Assembly (NCBI GenBank): GCA_951813075.1
Contig: OX638343.1
Coordinates: 1,899,087-1,963,086, forward strand
Direction: 5' to 3'
Length of the DNA: 64,000 bases
From: Arenicellales bacterium
GTDB taxonomy: Bacteria > Pseudomonadota > Gammaproteobacteria > Arenicellales > JAJDZL01
The first letter of the stretch is position 1. Each line of letters starts with the position of its first letter. The notes below the pieces were generated by a model. The model made no database searches. It saw only the letters and a list, made by a program, of their open reading frames with translations, and was not told the DNA's origin. The position numbers and the translations under genes are program-made. Shown here in pieces: positions 39,186-49,486 of the stretch.

Positions 39186-39406
39186 ACCAGACACTTGATG
39201 CACGAAACCTGATCTGCCCGATGCCGGTCATCCGAACCCAGGAAAGGGTCGCGATGCTTGATACAGGACAGATTCTGGAAGTGCATTGCACCGACCCGGG
39301 AGCAATTGTGGACATCCCTGCATGGTGCAGGGTTCATGGACATAAGGTCCTGATCGCCGAAACCCATGGTGACGAATCCATCGTTCGACTTGAGGTGTGC
39401 GACTAA
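39173..39406 (+). CDS. tusA: TusA/SirA-family sulfur carrier protein
   Basis: 77 aa with LDARNLICPMPV, the CPxP active-site motif. The GTG start overlaps the upstream gene by 13 nt. Confidence 0.8.
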   Translation: MVRVDQTLDARNLICPMPVIRTQERVAMLDTGQILEVHCTDPGAIVDIPAWCRVHGHKVLIAETHGDESIVRLEVCD

Positions 39407-39513
39407 CTGCCCCGCCCGACTGAAATTCATCCAACGTAGATTAGCGGTCTTCGTCAAATTTCCTGCAGTCGCTCATCGAAGCGGATCAATCTCCTTCAGA
39501 ATTTAGCATTATT

Positions 39514-39550
39514 TTGGTGCATTTAAAAGTTATTGCACTAAAATAGTGCT
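39514..39550 (+). promoter_or_regulatory. NtrC-type enhancer sites upstream of glnA
   Basis: TGCACTAAAATAGTGCT (39534-39550) fits the TGCACC-N5-GGTGCA type dyad. An adjacent TGGTGCA half-site lies at 39514-39520. Both sit 40-80 nt upstream of the sigma54 promoter. Confidence 0.7.
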
Positions 39551-39590
39551 ATTGCGACAATGAATTACTGACTAATCACCAATTTTGACT

Positions 39591-39606
39591 TGGCACGGAA
39601 ATTGCT
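39591..39606 (+). promoter_or_regulatory. Sigma54 (-24/-12) promoter of glnA
   Basis: TGGCACGGAAATTGCT is an exact fit to TGGCAC-N5-TTGCW, 50 nt upstream of the glnA ATG. Confidence 0.85.
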
Positions 39607-39656
39607 ACTAAAACAGGGTTACGTAACTTTTATCTGTTTTTTGGAGGGAAAATTCT

Positions 39657-41066
39657 ATGTCAGTTGAAAATGTTATGCAGATGATCAAGGATATCGATGC
39701 CAAATTTATCAGTCTGCGCTTTACGGATACAAGAGGCAAGGTGCAGCATCTGGATATCCCTATTTCTGCATTTTCGGAAAAAATGTTCGACGAGAATGTG
39801 ATGTTTGATGGGTCGTCTATCGCTGGATGGCAGCCGATCAACGAATCTGATATGGCGATGCGGTTGGATCCGACGGCAGCAATTATTGACCCATTCACGC
39901 AGGAACCTACAGTTGCAATCCGATGTAGCATCTTCCATCCAACCAAGAACGAGTGGTACGAAAAAGACCCCCGCAGTATCGCTCAGAAAGCGGAAGATTA
40001 CCTTTTGTCAACCGGGTTAGCAGATACCGCCTATTTCGGACCGGAACCGGAATTCTTCGTATTTGACGGTGTTCGCTGGGGCAATGCCATGGAGGGTGTG
40101 TTTTATGAAATCCATTCGTATGAAGGCTCATGGAACAGTGCGCAGGACTTCGATGAAGGACCGAATCTGGGACACAGACCCTCCGTCAAGGGTGGATATT
40201 TTCCCGTTCCACCCATTGATTCATTGAGCGATATCCGAGCAGCCATGTGCGATGCCATGATCAGTATGGGTGTTGGTGTCGACAAGCATCACCACGAAGT
40301 CGCGACAGCCGGTCAGGGTGAGATTGGTGTAATTTTCAACAGTCTGGTCAAAATGGCAGACCGCACGCAGATCTATAAATTCTGCGTCAAGAACGTTGCT
40401 GCCGCACACGGGATGACTGCGACATTCATGCCCAAGCCTCTGGTCGGTGACAACGGTTCAGGAATGCATACGCATCAGTCACTGTTCAAAGATGGAAAAA
40501 ATCTGTTCGTAGGTGACGGACACTGTGGCTTGAGTGAAATGGCACTGCATTACATTGGCGGAATTTTCAAACATGCGAAAGCACTGAACGCGTTCACCAA
40601 TCCATCAACCAACAGCTATAAACGCCTGGTGCCAGGATTTGAGGCGCCAGTGCTATTGAAGTACTCGGCAATCAACAGATCAGCTTCGGTTCGAATTCCG
40701 TTCTCACCGGATGTTGGACGCCGAGTTGAGGTTCGGTTCCCTGACCCATTGGCCAATCCTTATCTCGCGTTTTCGGCGATGATGATGGCTGGACTTGATG
40801 GCATCCGGAACAAGATTGACCCGGGTCTTCCGGTTGAGGTGGATTTGTATGAGCTGTCTCGTGCAGAAGAAAAGAGCATCCCACATGTTGCAGCTTCCCT
40901 GCGTCAGGCACTGGAAGCGCTTGATTCCGACCGTGATTTTCTCAAGGCCGGGGGTGTGTTCTCAGACAACGCCATCGATTCTTATATCGGGTTGCTATCG
41001 GAGGATGTTGATGCGATGCAGCTGGTCACGCATCCGCTGGAATTCGAAATGTACTACAGCGGATAA
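39657..41066 (+). CDS. glnA: Glutamine synthetase, type I
   Basis: 469 aa with [16 protein letters not shown] and the adenylylation-loop context [12 protein letters not shown]. Confidence 0.95.
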   Translation: MSVENVMQMIKDIDAKFISLRFTDTRGKVQHLDIPISAFSEKMFDENVMFDGSSIAGWQPINESDMAMRLDPTAAIIDPFTQEPTVAIRCSIFHPTKNEWYEKDPRSIAQKAEDYLLSTGLADTAYFGPEPEFFVFDGVRWGNAMEGVFYEIHSYEGSWNSAQDFDEGPNLGHRPSVKGGYFPVPPIDSLSDIRAAMCDAMISMGVGVDKHHHEVATAGQGEIGVIFNSLVKMADRTQIYKFCVKNVAAAHGMTATFMPKPLVGDNGSGMHTHQSLFKDGKNLFVGDGHCGLSEMALHYIGGIFKHAKALNAFTNPSTNSYKRLVPGFEAPVLLKYSAINRSASVRIPFSPDVGRRVEVRFPDPLANPYLAFSAMMMAGLDGIRNKIDPGLPVEVDLYELSRAEEKSIPHVAASLRQALEALDSDRDFLKAGGVFSDNAIDSYIGLLSEDVDAMQLVTHPLEFEMYYSG

Positions 41067-41155
41067 TATGTTGCCAGCCAGCAGGCTTTGCCAAGGGCTT
41101 TGCTAAGAAAGTGCCTTTGATTCGAGTTGAGCAACTCTGTTAACTTAGTTTCAGT

Positions 41156-41183
41156 ATCTGGGAATTCTGCTGAGTTCCCAGAT
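41156..41183 (+). terminator. Stem-loop between glnA and ntrB, read as a possible partial terminator
   Basis: 9-bp perfect stem ATCTGGGAA (41156-41164) pairing with TTCCCAGAT (41175-41183). No clear U-tract follows. Confidence 0.4.
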
Positions 41184-41231
41184 CAACTAAATACCAGCAA
41201 ACCGGACTAACGCTAGTTTGGTCCAGCGGCT

Positions 41232-42380
41232 GTGATTGGCATGAATTTTGATTCAAACTCGATTTCGGAACTTTTCGATTCGGTCGAGAAAATCCGCGAA
41301 ACACCGGGAATTTTTCACAACCTGGGCACAGCGATTGTCGTCTGCAACGAGCACTTGAGAATCGTGTTGCTCAACCCTTCTGCCCAATCGTTACTCGATG
41401 TCAGTGAGAATCAGGCACTTGGAGAAAGCATTCTGACCTATTTTGGGCATGACAATACGGAGAAAATCCTGCAGCGATGCCTGCTGGAGCCCAGATCGAC
41501 AACTCTGCGTCATATAGAACTGATAGATGCCAACCATCGCGTCCGACCCGTCGATTGTATTCTGACACCGACATCCATCAAAGGATCGGTACACCTGATA
41601 TTGGAGTTTAATGAGGTCGATACTATTGTTCGACAATTACTGGAAAACTCAGCAACAATGGGCCAAACTGCGAACATGGCAGTTCTGCGCTCGATAGCCC
41701 ACGAGATCAAGAATCCCCTCGGAGGTCTGCGCGGTGCGGCGCAACTACTGGGAGGCGAACTCAAAGAAAACTCTGAACTGAGAGAATATACCAACATCAT
41801 CATCCGCGAAACCGATCGCCTGTGTAGTCTTGTTGACGACATGTCAGGGCCACAAATCCCTCTTCGGATGGCAAAAACAAATATTCATAAAGTGCTTGAA
41901 CATGTGTGCAAACTTGCACTCGCAGAAAAGCCCAAAGGCCTGCATGTAATTCGGGACTACGATCCGAGCCTCCCTGAAATTTCAGGTGATCAGGAACAGT
42001 TGATCCAAGTGTTCATCAACATCGTGCGAAACGCGATGGAAGCATTCGAAAATTCCGGCAAATTGACTGTGCGGACCCGGGTCCAGCCCCAGGCCACTTT
42101 GGGCAAGAAGCGCTATCGAAGTGCGGCAAGAATCGAAATAGAAGACAACGGACCCGGCATACCTCAGGAAATACTGGATCAGATATTTTTACCGATGATT
42201 TCGGGCAAACCGAAAGGAGAAGGGCTGGGTCTGGCCATCGTCCGACAAATCATCACCCGGCATGAAGGTTCAGTGACATTCGACAGCAAGCCGGGAAGGA
42301 CTTGTTTCACAATTCTGCTGAAATTCGCAAACCAGACAGAATTTTCAGAACAGGCTGCCCAACTCAGGAACACGGCATGA
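41232..42380 (+). CDS. ntrB: Nitrogen regulation sensor histidine kinase NtrB (GlnL)
   Basis: PAS-like N-terminus, H-box SIAHEIKNPLGG, N-box VRNAMEA, G-boxes DNGPGI and GEGLGLAIV. The start could instead be ATG 41241. Confidence 0.9.
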   Translation: MIGMNFDSNSISELFDSVEKIRETPGIFHNLGTAIVVCNEHLRIVLLNPSAQSLLDVSENQALGESILTYFGHDNTEKILQRCLLEPRSTTLRHIELIDANHRVRPVDCILTPTSIKGSVHLILEFNEVDTIVRQLLENSATMGQTANMAVLRSIAHEIKNPLGGLRGAAQLLGGELKENSELREYTNIIIRETDRLCSLVDDMSGPQIPLRMAKTNIHKVLEHVCKLALAEKPKGLHVIRDYDPSLPEISGDQEQLIQVFINIVRNAMEAFENSGKLTVRTRVQPQATLGKKRYRSAARIEIEDNGPGIPQEILDQIFLPMISGKPKGEGLGLAIVRQIITRHEGSVTFDSKPGRTCFTILLKFANQTEFSEQAAQLRNTA

Positions 42381-43780
42381 GAAAGAATTCCGTAGAACCC
42401 GTTTGGGTCGTTGATGACGACGAATCAATTCGCTGGGTATTGAACCAAGCTCTCAAAAAGCAAGGTATTGCATCCAGATCATTCTGCAGTGCCAGCGATG
42501 CGCTGGAACAGTTTGATCAAGAACTTCCGCAGATTGTCATCACTGATATTCGCATGGAAGGTATCGATGGCCTTTCGTTTCTCGACCGTGTGCATCAGAT
42601 GGCACCAGAACTTCCAGTCATTGTGATGACCGCGTATTCCGATCTCGATACGACCGTCGAATCGTTTCAGCACGGTGCCAGAGAGCATCTGTCTAAACCA
42701 TTTGACATTGATGTGGCAGTCGCTCTGATCAGTCAGGTCATGGATGAGGTTGCAAATGGAACAACAACAATTGGTCTGGAAGAACCGGCACAAACCTCGA
42801 TGATTGGTGATTCAGTGCCCATGCAGGAAGTTTTTCGCGCAGTTGGCAGACTCTCCAAGTCCGATCTGAATGTTTTGATCACCGGAGAATCGGGAACCGG
42901 TAAGGAACTGGTTGCGAGGGCACTGTATGAAAACAGTCATCGAAAAAATCAGCCATTTGTCGCGATCAACGCGGCCGCCATTCCAGCCGACCTGCTTGAG
43001 TCAGAACTCTTCGGGCACGAGAAAGGTGCTTTTACCGGTGCCAATCAACGTCGCATCGGTCGATTTGAGCAAGCAAACCGTGGCACGCTTTTCCTTGACG
43101 AAATCGGCGATATGCCACATGACCTGCAAAGTCGTCTGCTTCGGGTGATGTCGGAGGGAAAATTCTATCGCGTAGGCGGTGTAAACGAAATCAGTGTAGA
43201 CGTGCGGATAATCGCCGCAACTAATCAGGACCTCGAAGCCCAGGTTGACAATAAATCGTTTCGTACCGATCTGTTTCATAGATTGAACGTCGTTCGAATC
43301 GCACTCGCGCCAGTACGCGACCGCGGAAGTGACATCCCACAATTGATTCGTCACTTCATGATTCAAGCAGCAAACCAACTCAATGTCGAGGAAAAGTCAT
43401 TCAATCAACGCGCCATGGAGTGTCTATGTGCATACACATGGCCGGGCAATGTTCGGGAAATTGAAAACTTCTGCCGTTCAATTACAGTAATGAGTCCTTC
43501 CAGAATCATCATGTCGCGAGATCTTCCGCCAGAGATCGAAGAGTGTCGATTCAGCGTGCGAAATCTTGAAATGGCACCTGATTGGGAGCAATCGCTTCGA
43601 TTCGCAATCGAGCAGATGCTGGAGTCAGATGAACTTGCACAAAATGGTAGGGTAAGAAGTGAAATCGAACGTGTCATGCTTGAGTGCACACTCAAAAATA
43701 CAGATGGCTCAAGACAGAAAACAGCAGACATTCTGGGATGGGGGAGAAATACCATCACTCGCAAAGCCAAGGATCTTTGA
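42377..43780 (+). CDS. ntrC: Nitrogen regulation response regulator NtrC (sigma54 activator)
   Basis: Receiver domain [15 protein letters not shown]+ domain GESGTGKE and GAFTGA, C-terminal [21 protein letters not shown] overlap with the ntrB stop. The track ORF start at 42302 is inside ntrB. Confidence 0.93.
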   Translation: MRKNSVEPVWVVDDDESIRWVLNQALKKQGIASRSFCSASDALEQFDQELPQIVITDIRMEGIDGLSFLDRVHQMAPELPVIVMTAYSDLDTTVESFQHGAREHLSKPFDIDVAVALISQVMDEVANGTTTIGLEEPAQTSMIGDSVPMQEVFRAVGRLSKSDLNVLITGESGTGKELVARALYENSHRKNQPFVAINAAAIPADLLESELFGHEKGAFTGANQRRIGRFEQANRGTLFLDEIGDMPHDLQSRLLRVMSEGKFYRVGGVNEISVDVRIIAATNQDLEAQVDNKSFRTDLFHRLNVVRIALAPVRDRGSDIPQLIRHFMIQAANQLNVEEKSFNQRAMECLCAYTWPGNVREIENFCRSITVMSPSRIIMSRDLPPEIEECRFSVRNLEMAPDWEQSLRFAIEQMLESDELAQNGRVRSEIERVMLECTLKNTDGSRQKTADILGWGRNTITRKAKDL

Positions 43781-44072
43781 TCTCCTTCATTGAAACTTTA
43801 GGAATCTGGATTGAAGTGACCCGGTGAAATTACGTTTGATTGCCAACTACGCAATCTCACACTAGAACTATTCCAACAGTATCTTATCGACCGATGCTGC
43901 CGATTTTCGATCGCTGGAGTCAGCCATTTCCGCCGCATGATCAGAAAACTGGGGGGCTTCCACAACGCATTGCTTCCAAACGATCAGAAACACCTTCAAC
44001 CCCGTCATCAATTTCGATTTGGATTGGGTTAAAATACTTGCTCCGTAAACTTCAAATCTTTACCTTTGACCG

Positions 44073-45278
44073 ATGCCTGGAAATTTTATTTTTACGTCAG
44101 AGTCTGTATCGGAAGGACATCCCGACAAAATGGCAGATCAGATTTCTGATGCCATCCTTGATGCCCTGATTGAACAAGACCCGCATTCCCGAGCTGGGAG
44201 TGAGACATTAGTCAAGTCAACCGGAACAGCCAATGGATCAGCTGGGCTGCAGCACCACGCCATACTTGCCGGTGAAATCTCCTCCACTGCTGAAGATATA
44301 GACTACGACACGATTGTTCGCAACACTATCAGGGACATCGGTTACGATTCAGATTCCCTGGGCTTCAACTGGCAGACCGTCCAGATAACCAATCTACTCA
44401 ACGAACAGTCGCCTGACATTGCACAGGGTGTCAACGAAGGGGAAGGAGAAGACATTGAACAAGGCGCTGGCGATCAGGGATTGATGTTTGGTTTCGCATG
44501 CGATGAAACAGATGTACTGATGCCATGGCCGATTACGTACGCGCACAGACTGGTTCAGCGGCAGTCGGAAGTTCGAAAAAGTGGCCGGCTAGATTGGCTC
44601 GGTCCCGATGCTAAATCGCAAGTCAGCGTGGTATACGAAAACAATATACCGGTATCCATCAATACCGTGGTGCTGTCAACACAACACGCTGAAAGCGCCT
44701 CATCCCAAGAAGTCAAAGACGGTGTGATTGAAGAGATAATCAAGCCTGTCATACCGAATCATATGATGCCATCAGAAGACAGAATTCTGATCAATCCAAC
44801 TGGTAAATTCATCGACGGCGGCCCGAAAGCCGACTGCGGACTCACCGGACGAAAAATCATCGTCGATACTTACGGCGGTACGGCCCGTCACGGTGGTGGT
44901 GCATTTTCCGGCAAAGATCCCTCGAAAGTCGATCGCTCGGCAGCGTACGCAACCCGGCATGTGGCAAAGAATATCGTGGCTGCAGGACTGGCTAAGCGTT
45001 GCGAGGTGCAGATTGCCTATGCGATCGGAGTCGCGAGACCAGTATCTTTGATGGTCAATACATTTGGAACCGGTAAGCGCGGTCTGGATGACGACCGGCT
45101 CTCGGCTATCGTCGACGAAGTATTTGATCTTCGACCCAAGCAAATTATCAGTGTTCTCGACCTATTGCGTCCGATATACAGAAAAACCGCAGTCTACGGT
45201 CACTTCGGAAGAACGGAATCGGAGTTTTCGTGGGAAATTACCGATAAGGCAGATGAACTGAGAGAAGCTGCTGGTTGA
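44073..45278 (+). CDS. metK: S-adenosylmethionine synthase
   Basis: [23 protein letters not shown] and [16 protein letters not shown] motifs. Confidence 0.95.
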   Translation: MPGNFIFTSESVSEGHPDKMADQISDAILDALIEQDPHSRAGSETLVKSTGTANGSAGLQHHAILAGEISSTAEDIDYDTIVRNTIRDIGYDSDSLGFNWQTVQITNLLNEQSPDIAQGVNEGEGEDIEQGAGDQGLMFGFACDETDVLMPWPITYAHRLVQRQSEVRKSGRLDWLGPDAKSQVSVVYENNIPVSINTVVLSTQHAESASSQEVKDGVIEEIIKPVIPNHMMPSEDRILINPTGKFIDGGPKADCGLTGRKIIVDTYGGTARHGGGAFSGKDPSKVDRSAAYATRHVAKNIVAAGLAKRCEVQIAYAIGVARPVSLMVNTFGTGKRGLDDDRLSAIVDEVFDLRPKQIISVLDLLRPIYRKTAVYGHFGRTESEFSWEITDKADELREAAG

Positions 45279-45322
45279 AACGTCACAATAGAAAATCTAG
45301 ATTTTTTTAAATGGAGGCGGAT

Positions 45323-46633
45323 ATGACCGCAGTGCTGAAATCAGTTTCGGAAGACTTTAAAGTCGCAGATCTTGGGCTAGCGCAATGGGGACGCAGGGAA
45401 ATTGCCATTGCTGAAACGGAAATGCCCGGTTTAATGGCACTGCGTAGCAAATTTGCCGACGACCAGCCTCTGGCAGATGCGCGCATAGCCGGCTGTCTCC
45501 ACATGACGATTCAGACTGCGGTACTGATTGAAACGCTCCAACACCTGGGTGCTGAAGTTCGTTGGTCGTCATGTAATATTTTTTCCACTCAGGACCACGC
45601 CGCCGCCGCGATTGCTGCGACAGGTACACCTGTCTTCGCGTGGAAAGGCGAGACCGAAGAAGAATATTGGTGGTGTGTGGATAAAACAATATTTGGCCCG
45701 AATAATTGGCGCCCGAACATGTTGCTGGACGATGGCGGAGACCTTACCGTGGTCATGCATGAAAAGTATCCGAATCTGATGGCTGACGTGCGCGGACTGA
45801 CTGAGGAGACAACTACCGGTGTCCATCGACTGTACGAAATGATGAAGGAAGACTCGCTTCAATGTCCGGCATTCAACGTAAACGATTCGGTCACCAAGAG
45901 TAAATTCGACAATCTCTACGGTTGCCGCGAATCGCTGCTCGACGGAATCAAACGCGCCACTGACGTGATGATTGCAGGGAAAATTGCGGTGGTGTGCGGA
46001 TACGGAGATGTAGGCAAAGGCTGCGCCCAATCACTACGCGGCCAGGGTGCCAACGTTCTCATTACCGAAATCGATCCGATATGTGCTTTGCAGGCATCAA
46101 TGGAAGGTTACCGGGTGGTGACCATGGAGGAAGCCGCGTCAATTGCCGATATATTCGTGACTGCGACCGGCAATTGGCACGTAATCACGATGGATCACAT
46201 GCACAAGATGAAAGACCAGGCGATCGTCTGCAACATAGGCCACTTTGACGGGGAGATCGATATCAACTCGCTTCGCGAGCTGGAGTGGGAAAACATCAAG
46301 CCGCAAGTCGATCATGTCATTTTTCCGGACGGAAAACGCCTTATCTTGCTCGCCGAAGGCAGGCTTGTCAATCTCGGTTGCGCTACCGGGCATCCAAGCT
46401 TTGTGATGTCGAACTCATTTACCAACCAGGTGTTGGCGCAGATTGAGTTATGGGAGAACGCGGATAAGTATCGCAACGAGGTTTACGTACTACCGAAATT
46501 TCTGGACGAGGAAGTCGCCCGACTTCACCTTGACAAAATAGATGTTACGCTGACTCGCCTGACCGACGAGCAATCACGGTATATCGGTGTCCCGGTTGAA
46601 GGTCCCTACAAACCGGATTACTATCGCTACTAG
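45323..46633 (+). CDS. ahcY: Adenosylhomocysteinase
   Basis: [17 protein letters not shown]-terminus and NAD-binding site GYGDVGKG. Start chosen at ATG 45323, 5 nt after GGAGG. The track ORF begins 12 nt earlier. Confidence 0.93.
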   Translation: MTAVLKSVSEDFKVADLGLAQWGRREIAIAETEMPGLMALRSKFADDQPLADARIAGCLHMTIQTAVLIETLQHLGAEVRWSSCNIFSTQDHAAAAIAATGTPVFAWKGETEEEYWWCVDKTIFGPNNWRPNMLLDDGGDLTVVMHEKYPNLMADVRGLTEETTTGVHRLYEMMKEDSLQCPAFNVNDSVTKSKFDNLYGCRESLLDGIKRATDVMIAGKIAVVCGYGDVGKGCAQSLRGQGANVLITEIDPICALQASMEGYRVVTMEEAASIADIFVTATGNWHVITMDHMHKMKDQAIVCNIGHFDGEIDINSLRELEWENIKPQVDHVIFPDGKRLILLAEGRLVNLGCATGHPSFVMSNSFTNQVLAQIELWENADKYRNEVYVLPKFLDEEVARLHLDKIDVTLTRLTDEQSRYIGVPVEGPYKPDYYRY

Positions 46634-46668
46634 GAACGTCCACAACGTTCCCGGCTTTATTTACTTTC
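46633..46668 (+). terminator. Probable intrinsic terminator after ahcY
   Basis: 7-bp stem GGAACGT (46633-46639) pairing with ACGTTCC (46645-46651), followed by CGGCTTTATTTACTTT. Confidence 0.5.
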
Positions 46669-46873
46669 CTGCGGAAACACCGGCCAGCGACTGGCTTTCC
46701 AACATCGTAATAGTGTCCTTTAGTTGAAGTTTTCGCTTCTTCATTCGCCTGATTTGGAGTTCATCGATGTTTCGATCTTCCGACAACCTTTTCAGTACAT
46801 CGTCTAGATCTCTGTGTTCTGATTTAAGTTTCTCAATTCTTGTCTGGATATCCTCGGTAGTATTTTCAAGCAT
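46661..46873 (-). CDS. DUF465 (YdcH-like) small coiled-coil protein
   Basis: 70 aa with the pattern KLK.EHRDLDD....L.......D.....R.KK.KL.LKD. Confidence 0.65.
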   Translation of the reverse strand: MLENTTEDIQTRIEKLKSEHRDLDDVLKRLSEDRNIDELQIRRMKKRKLQLKDTITMLESQSLAGVSAGK

Positions 46874-47273
46874 TTATTTCTGATCCCTAGAGCGTTATGG
46901 TAGGTTTAATTCATCAATTCGAGTTTCCATTTTTCGCCTGCTCGGACTACGAAAGTCGACGCGGCGAGTTGCCACAGTTAACAAGCATTATAGTATCCAA
47001 AAAATCTGCATTATGCAAAATTAAGATGCCGCTTCCATGTATTTGTGATTGTGTCTGTTCAAATTGTCAGTGACCCTTTCAGATACCCGTTGCAGTTGCT
47101 GAAACAATGTTTTGGAAGCCGGAAATTGCAAAAATTTATCTTGAATTTGTGAACCCAAATGCATCGCGTGCTATAGTTATGACTGTTCAATTAGTAAATT
47201 TGTGAGCGAATGACAATTTAGTTGGCATTGGCTAATTCAACCTGATTTCGTGGTTAATTAAGGAAAGATAGCA

Positions 47274-47990
47274 ATGAAGAAAGTTCTACTGATGGCAGCA
47301 TTTCTATTGAGTGTATCGATGGTAGGTTGCGATCGAGCGAAAAGTACTTATGAAAAAGTGAAATTTTGGGAAAAGGACAAGAAATCAGACGCTGTCGAAG
47401 TTACGGTGACAAACATCACACCCGGTGCATTTCTTACGCCGATTCTCGCGGTGGGACACAGCGATGAACAGGGCAATATGTTTGAATACGGCAGCCCGGC
47501 ATCCGCACAATTGCAGGCAGTTGCCGAAGGCGGTAACATCGAACCCATCGCTGGAACATTCATTGCGACCGACAGTCAGATCGTGAAGGACCCAAATGGC
47601 GGCTTGCTGGGCCCGGGAGAGTCAACGACCTTTAAAATTGATCACAGGTATACACGACTATCCTTGATCGCGATGATACTACCGACTAACGATGGTTTTG
47701 TGGCTGCGAACAACATTATTATCCGTGAAGGCACTCAGGAACTCTACGCGATTGACGCTGGAACCGAAGCCAACGACGAGCGGATTACCGGCGGCGGAGC
47801 TCCCAATTTACCCGGGATTCCAGCCGACCCGAGCGGCCAGGCTGTCGCCGAAGCAACTGGAATCGCCTCGGCAGCCATTGAGGGCAAAGTTGATCGACAT
47901 CCGGGAGTCAGCGGTGGTGAGGCATCGGCGCTGAATCCACAGATACACGGCTGGACAGGTGCTGTAGCCGTGCTGGTAATCGAGATGTAG
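47274..47990 (+). CDS. Lipoprotein with spondin-N-like domain
   Basis: Lipobox LSVSMVGC. Body (VTNITPGAFLTPILAVGH...LSLIAMILPTNDGF) resembles bacterial spondin_N domain proteins; assigned from memory. Confidence 0.6.
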   Translation: MKKVLLMAAFLLSVSMVGCDRAKSTYEKVKFWEKDKKSDAVEVTVTNITPGAFLTPILAVGHSDEQGNMFEYGSPASAQLQAVAEGGNIEPIAGTFIATDSQIVKDPNGGLLGPGESTTFKIDHRYTRLSLIAMILPTNDGFVAANNIIIREGTQELYAIDAGTEANDERITGGGAPNLPGIPADPSGQAVAEATGIASAAIEGKVDRHPGVSGGEASALNPQIHGWTGAVAVLVIEM

Positions 47991-48045
47991 CCATCTCATT
48001 CAAAACAGCAAAGTTAAATTTAATTAGAATTTGGAGGGTTCATTG

Positions 48046-49389
48046 ATGACCAATAGTTCGGAAATGCTTGCATTGGACAAGTCTCATCTTATTCATCCGT
48101 TGCACGCGACAGGCGCGCACGATAATGCCAGAATTTGGGTGGAAGGTCGTGGGTCGACGCTTATCGACGCAGACGGTAAAGAATATATTGATGGCTTGGC
48201 CGGACTGTGGAACAACACCGCAGGACACAGCGCTCAGGAACTCATCGACGCAGCTGCGCAACAGTACGCTACATTGCCATACGCTTCAGGCTACGTCGGC
48301 AGTTCCAACGAGAAAGCGATCGAACTTGCAGAAAAACTTGCGTCGATCACTTATCCCAGCATCAATCGTTTCTATCTGACATCAGGCGGCGGTGAAGCGA
48401 CAGACACCTCCATCAAAATGTCCCGATTCTATTGGAAACTCAAAGGCAAGATGGAGAAGACCAAGGTCATATCGAGAATGTTTGGCTATCATGGCGTCAC
48501 ATTCGCAGCAATGTGCGCCACCGGGATTCCTGCATACTGGCCGATGTTTGAACCCAGAATACCTGGGTTTTCGTTCATTCCTTCACCGTATCCGTATCGG
48601 TACGAGTCTGCCGATGCCAGCGTGAGCCAGGGTGTCGCAGCGGCAAATGAACTTGAAAACAGGATACTGGCGGAAGGCCCGGATACTGTAGCAATGTTCA
48701 TTGCGGAACCGGTACAGGGCTCTGGAGGTGTCATTCCTCCGCAGGATGATTACTTTCCAAGAATTCGTGAGATTTGCGACAAGTATGATGTTCTTCTGGT
48801 CGCCGATGAGGTAATTACCGGATTCGGTCGTACAGGTAAGATGTTCGCGCTTGAACACTGGGGTATTGAACCCGACATCGTACAGTTTGCCAAGGCAATC
48901 ACTTCCGGATATTTTCCATTTGGCGGAATTGGTGTCAGTGATGCTATTGCCGATGCCATGGATGCCAGCAACGAGCCGTTCATGCACGCTTATACCTACA
49001 GCGCCCATCCCATTGGAAGTGCCATAGCAGTAGCAATGATAGATCTGATCCAGAGAGAAGATTTTCCAGGTCAGGCAGCCAAAAAAGGCGAGCGTCTGAT
49101 GGACAACCTGCAAAGCGCATTGGGTGATCATCCACATGTCGGTGACATCCGAGGTCTGGGCTTGCTGGCCGGTGTTGAGTTCGTCAAGGATAAAGCCACA
49201 AAAGAGACTTTCGATCCAGCAGAACAAATCGGAAACAAGGTTCTGAATGCAGCGATTGAACGCGGTCTGTTCACTCGTATCAGAGGCGATGTACTTTGTT
49301 TGGCACCACCGATCATCACTGAGGAATCAGAATTGGACCGACTTGCCGCCATATTGCGAGCCGCCACGATTGATGTTCTCGGAACTTGA
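48046..49389 (+). CDS. Class-III PLP-dependent aminotransferase (omega-amino acid:pyruvate type)
   Basis: ADEVITGFGRTGKMFA and FAKAITSGY (PLP Lys) blocks. ATG 48046 follows GGAGGG. Substrate is unknown. Confidence 0.85.
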   Translation: MTNSSEMLALDKSHLIHPLHATGAHDNARIWVEGRGSTLIDADGKEYIDGLAGLWNNTAGHSAQELIDAAAQQYATLPYASGYVGSSNEKAIELAEKLASITYPSINRFYLTSGGGEATDTSIKMSRFYWKLKGKMEKTKVISRMFGYHGVTFAAMCATGIPAYWPMFEPRIPGFSFIPSPYPYRYESADASVSQGVAAANELENRILAEGPDTVAMFIAEPVQGSGGVIPPQDDYFPRIREICDKYDVLLVADEVITGFGRTGKMFALEHWGIEPDIVQFAKAITSGYFPFGGIGVSDAIADAMDASNEPFMHAYTYSAHPIGSAIAVAMIDLIQREDFPGQAAKKGERLMDNLQSALGDHPHVGDIRGLGLLAGVEFVKDKATKETFDPAEQIGNKVLNAAIERGLFTRIRGDVLCLAPPIITEESELDRLAAILRAATIDVLGT

Positions 49390-49486
49390 CCATGTAAGCT
49401 TGGGAGACCGTCACATCATCCGACAACAAAGGGGTTCTGTCAGTCAGCAGCCGACTCAAACGATGCCCTGAAATCGGTGTTGGAAA

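Noticed and set aside
42302-42376. Upstream extension of ntrC (track start 42302).
   Set aside because: It lies entirely within the ntrB coding region. The receiver domain begins right after ATG 42377, which forms an ATGA overlap with the ntrB stop.
45279-45322. SAH riboswitch expected in front of ahcY.
   Set aside because: The metK-ahcY spacer is only 44 nt, and most of it is A/T plus the RBS. That is too short for the roughly 80-nt SAH element, and ahcY is most likely co-transcribed with metK.
47113-47130. Sigma54-like element TGGAAGCCGGAAATTGCA upstream of the spondin-like gene.
   Set aside because: The GG-to-GC spacing is two nucleotides longer than in the canonical -24/-12 arrangement; compare the exact glnA promoter at 39591. 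The -24 region is TGGAAG rather than TGGCAC. It shares CGGAAATTGC with the glnA promoter, probably by chance.
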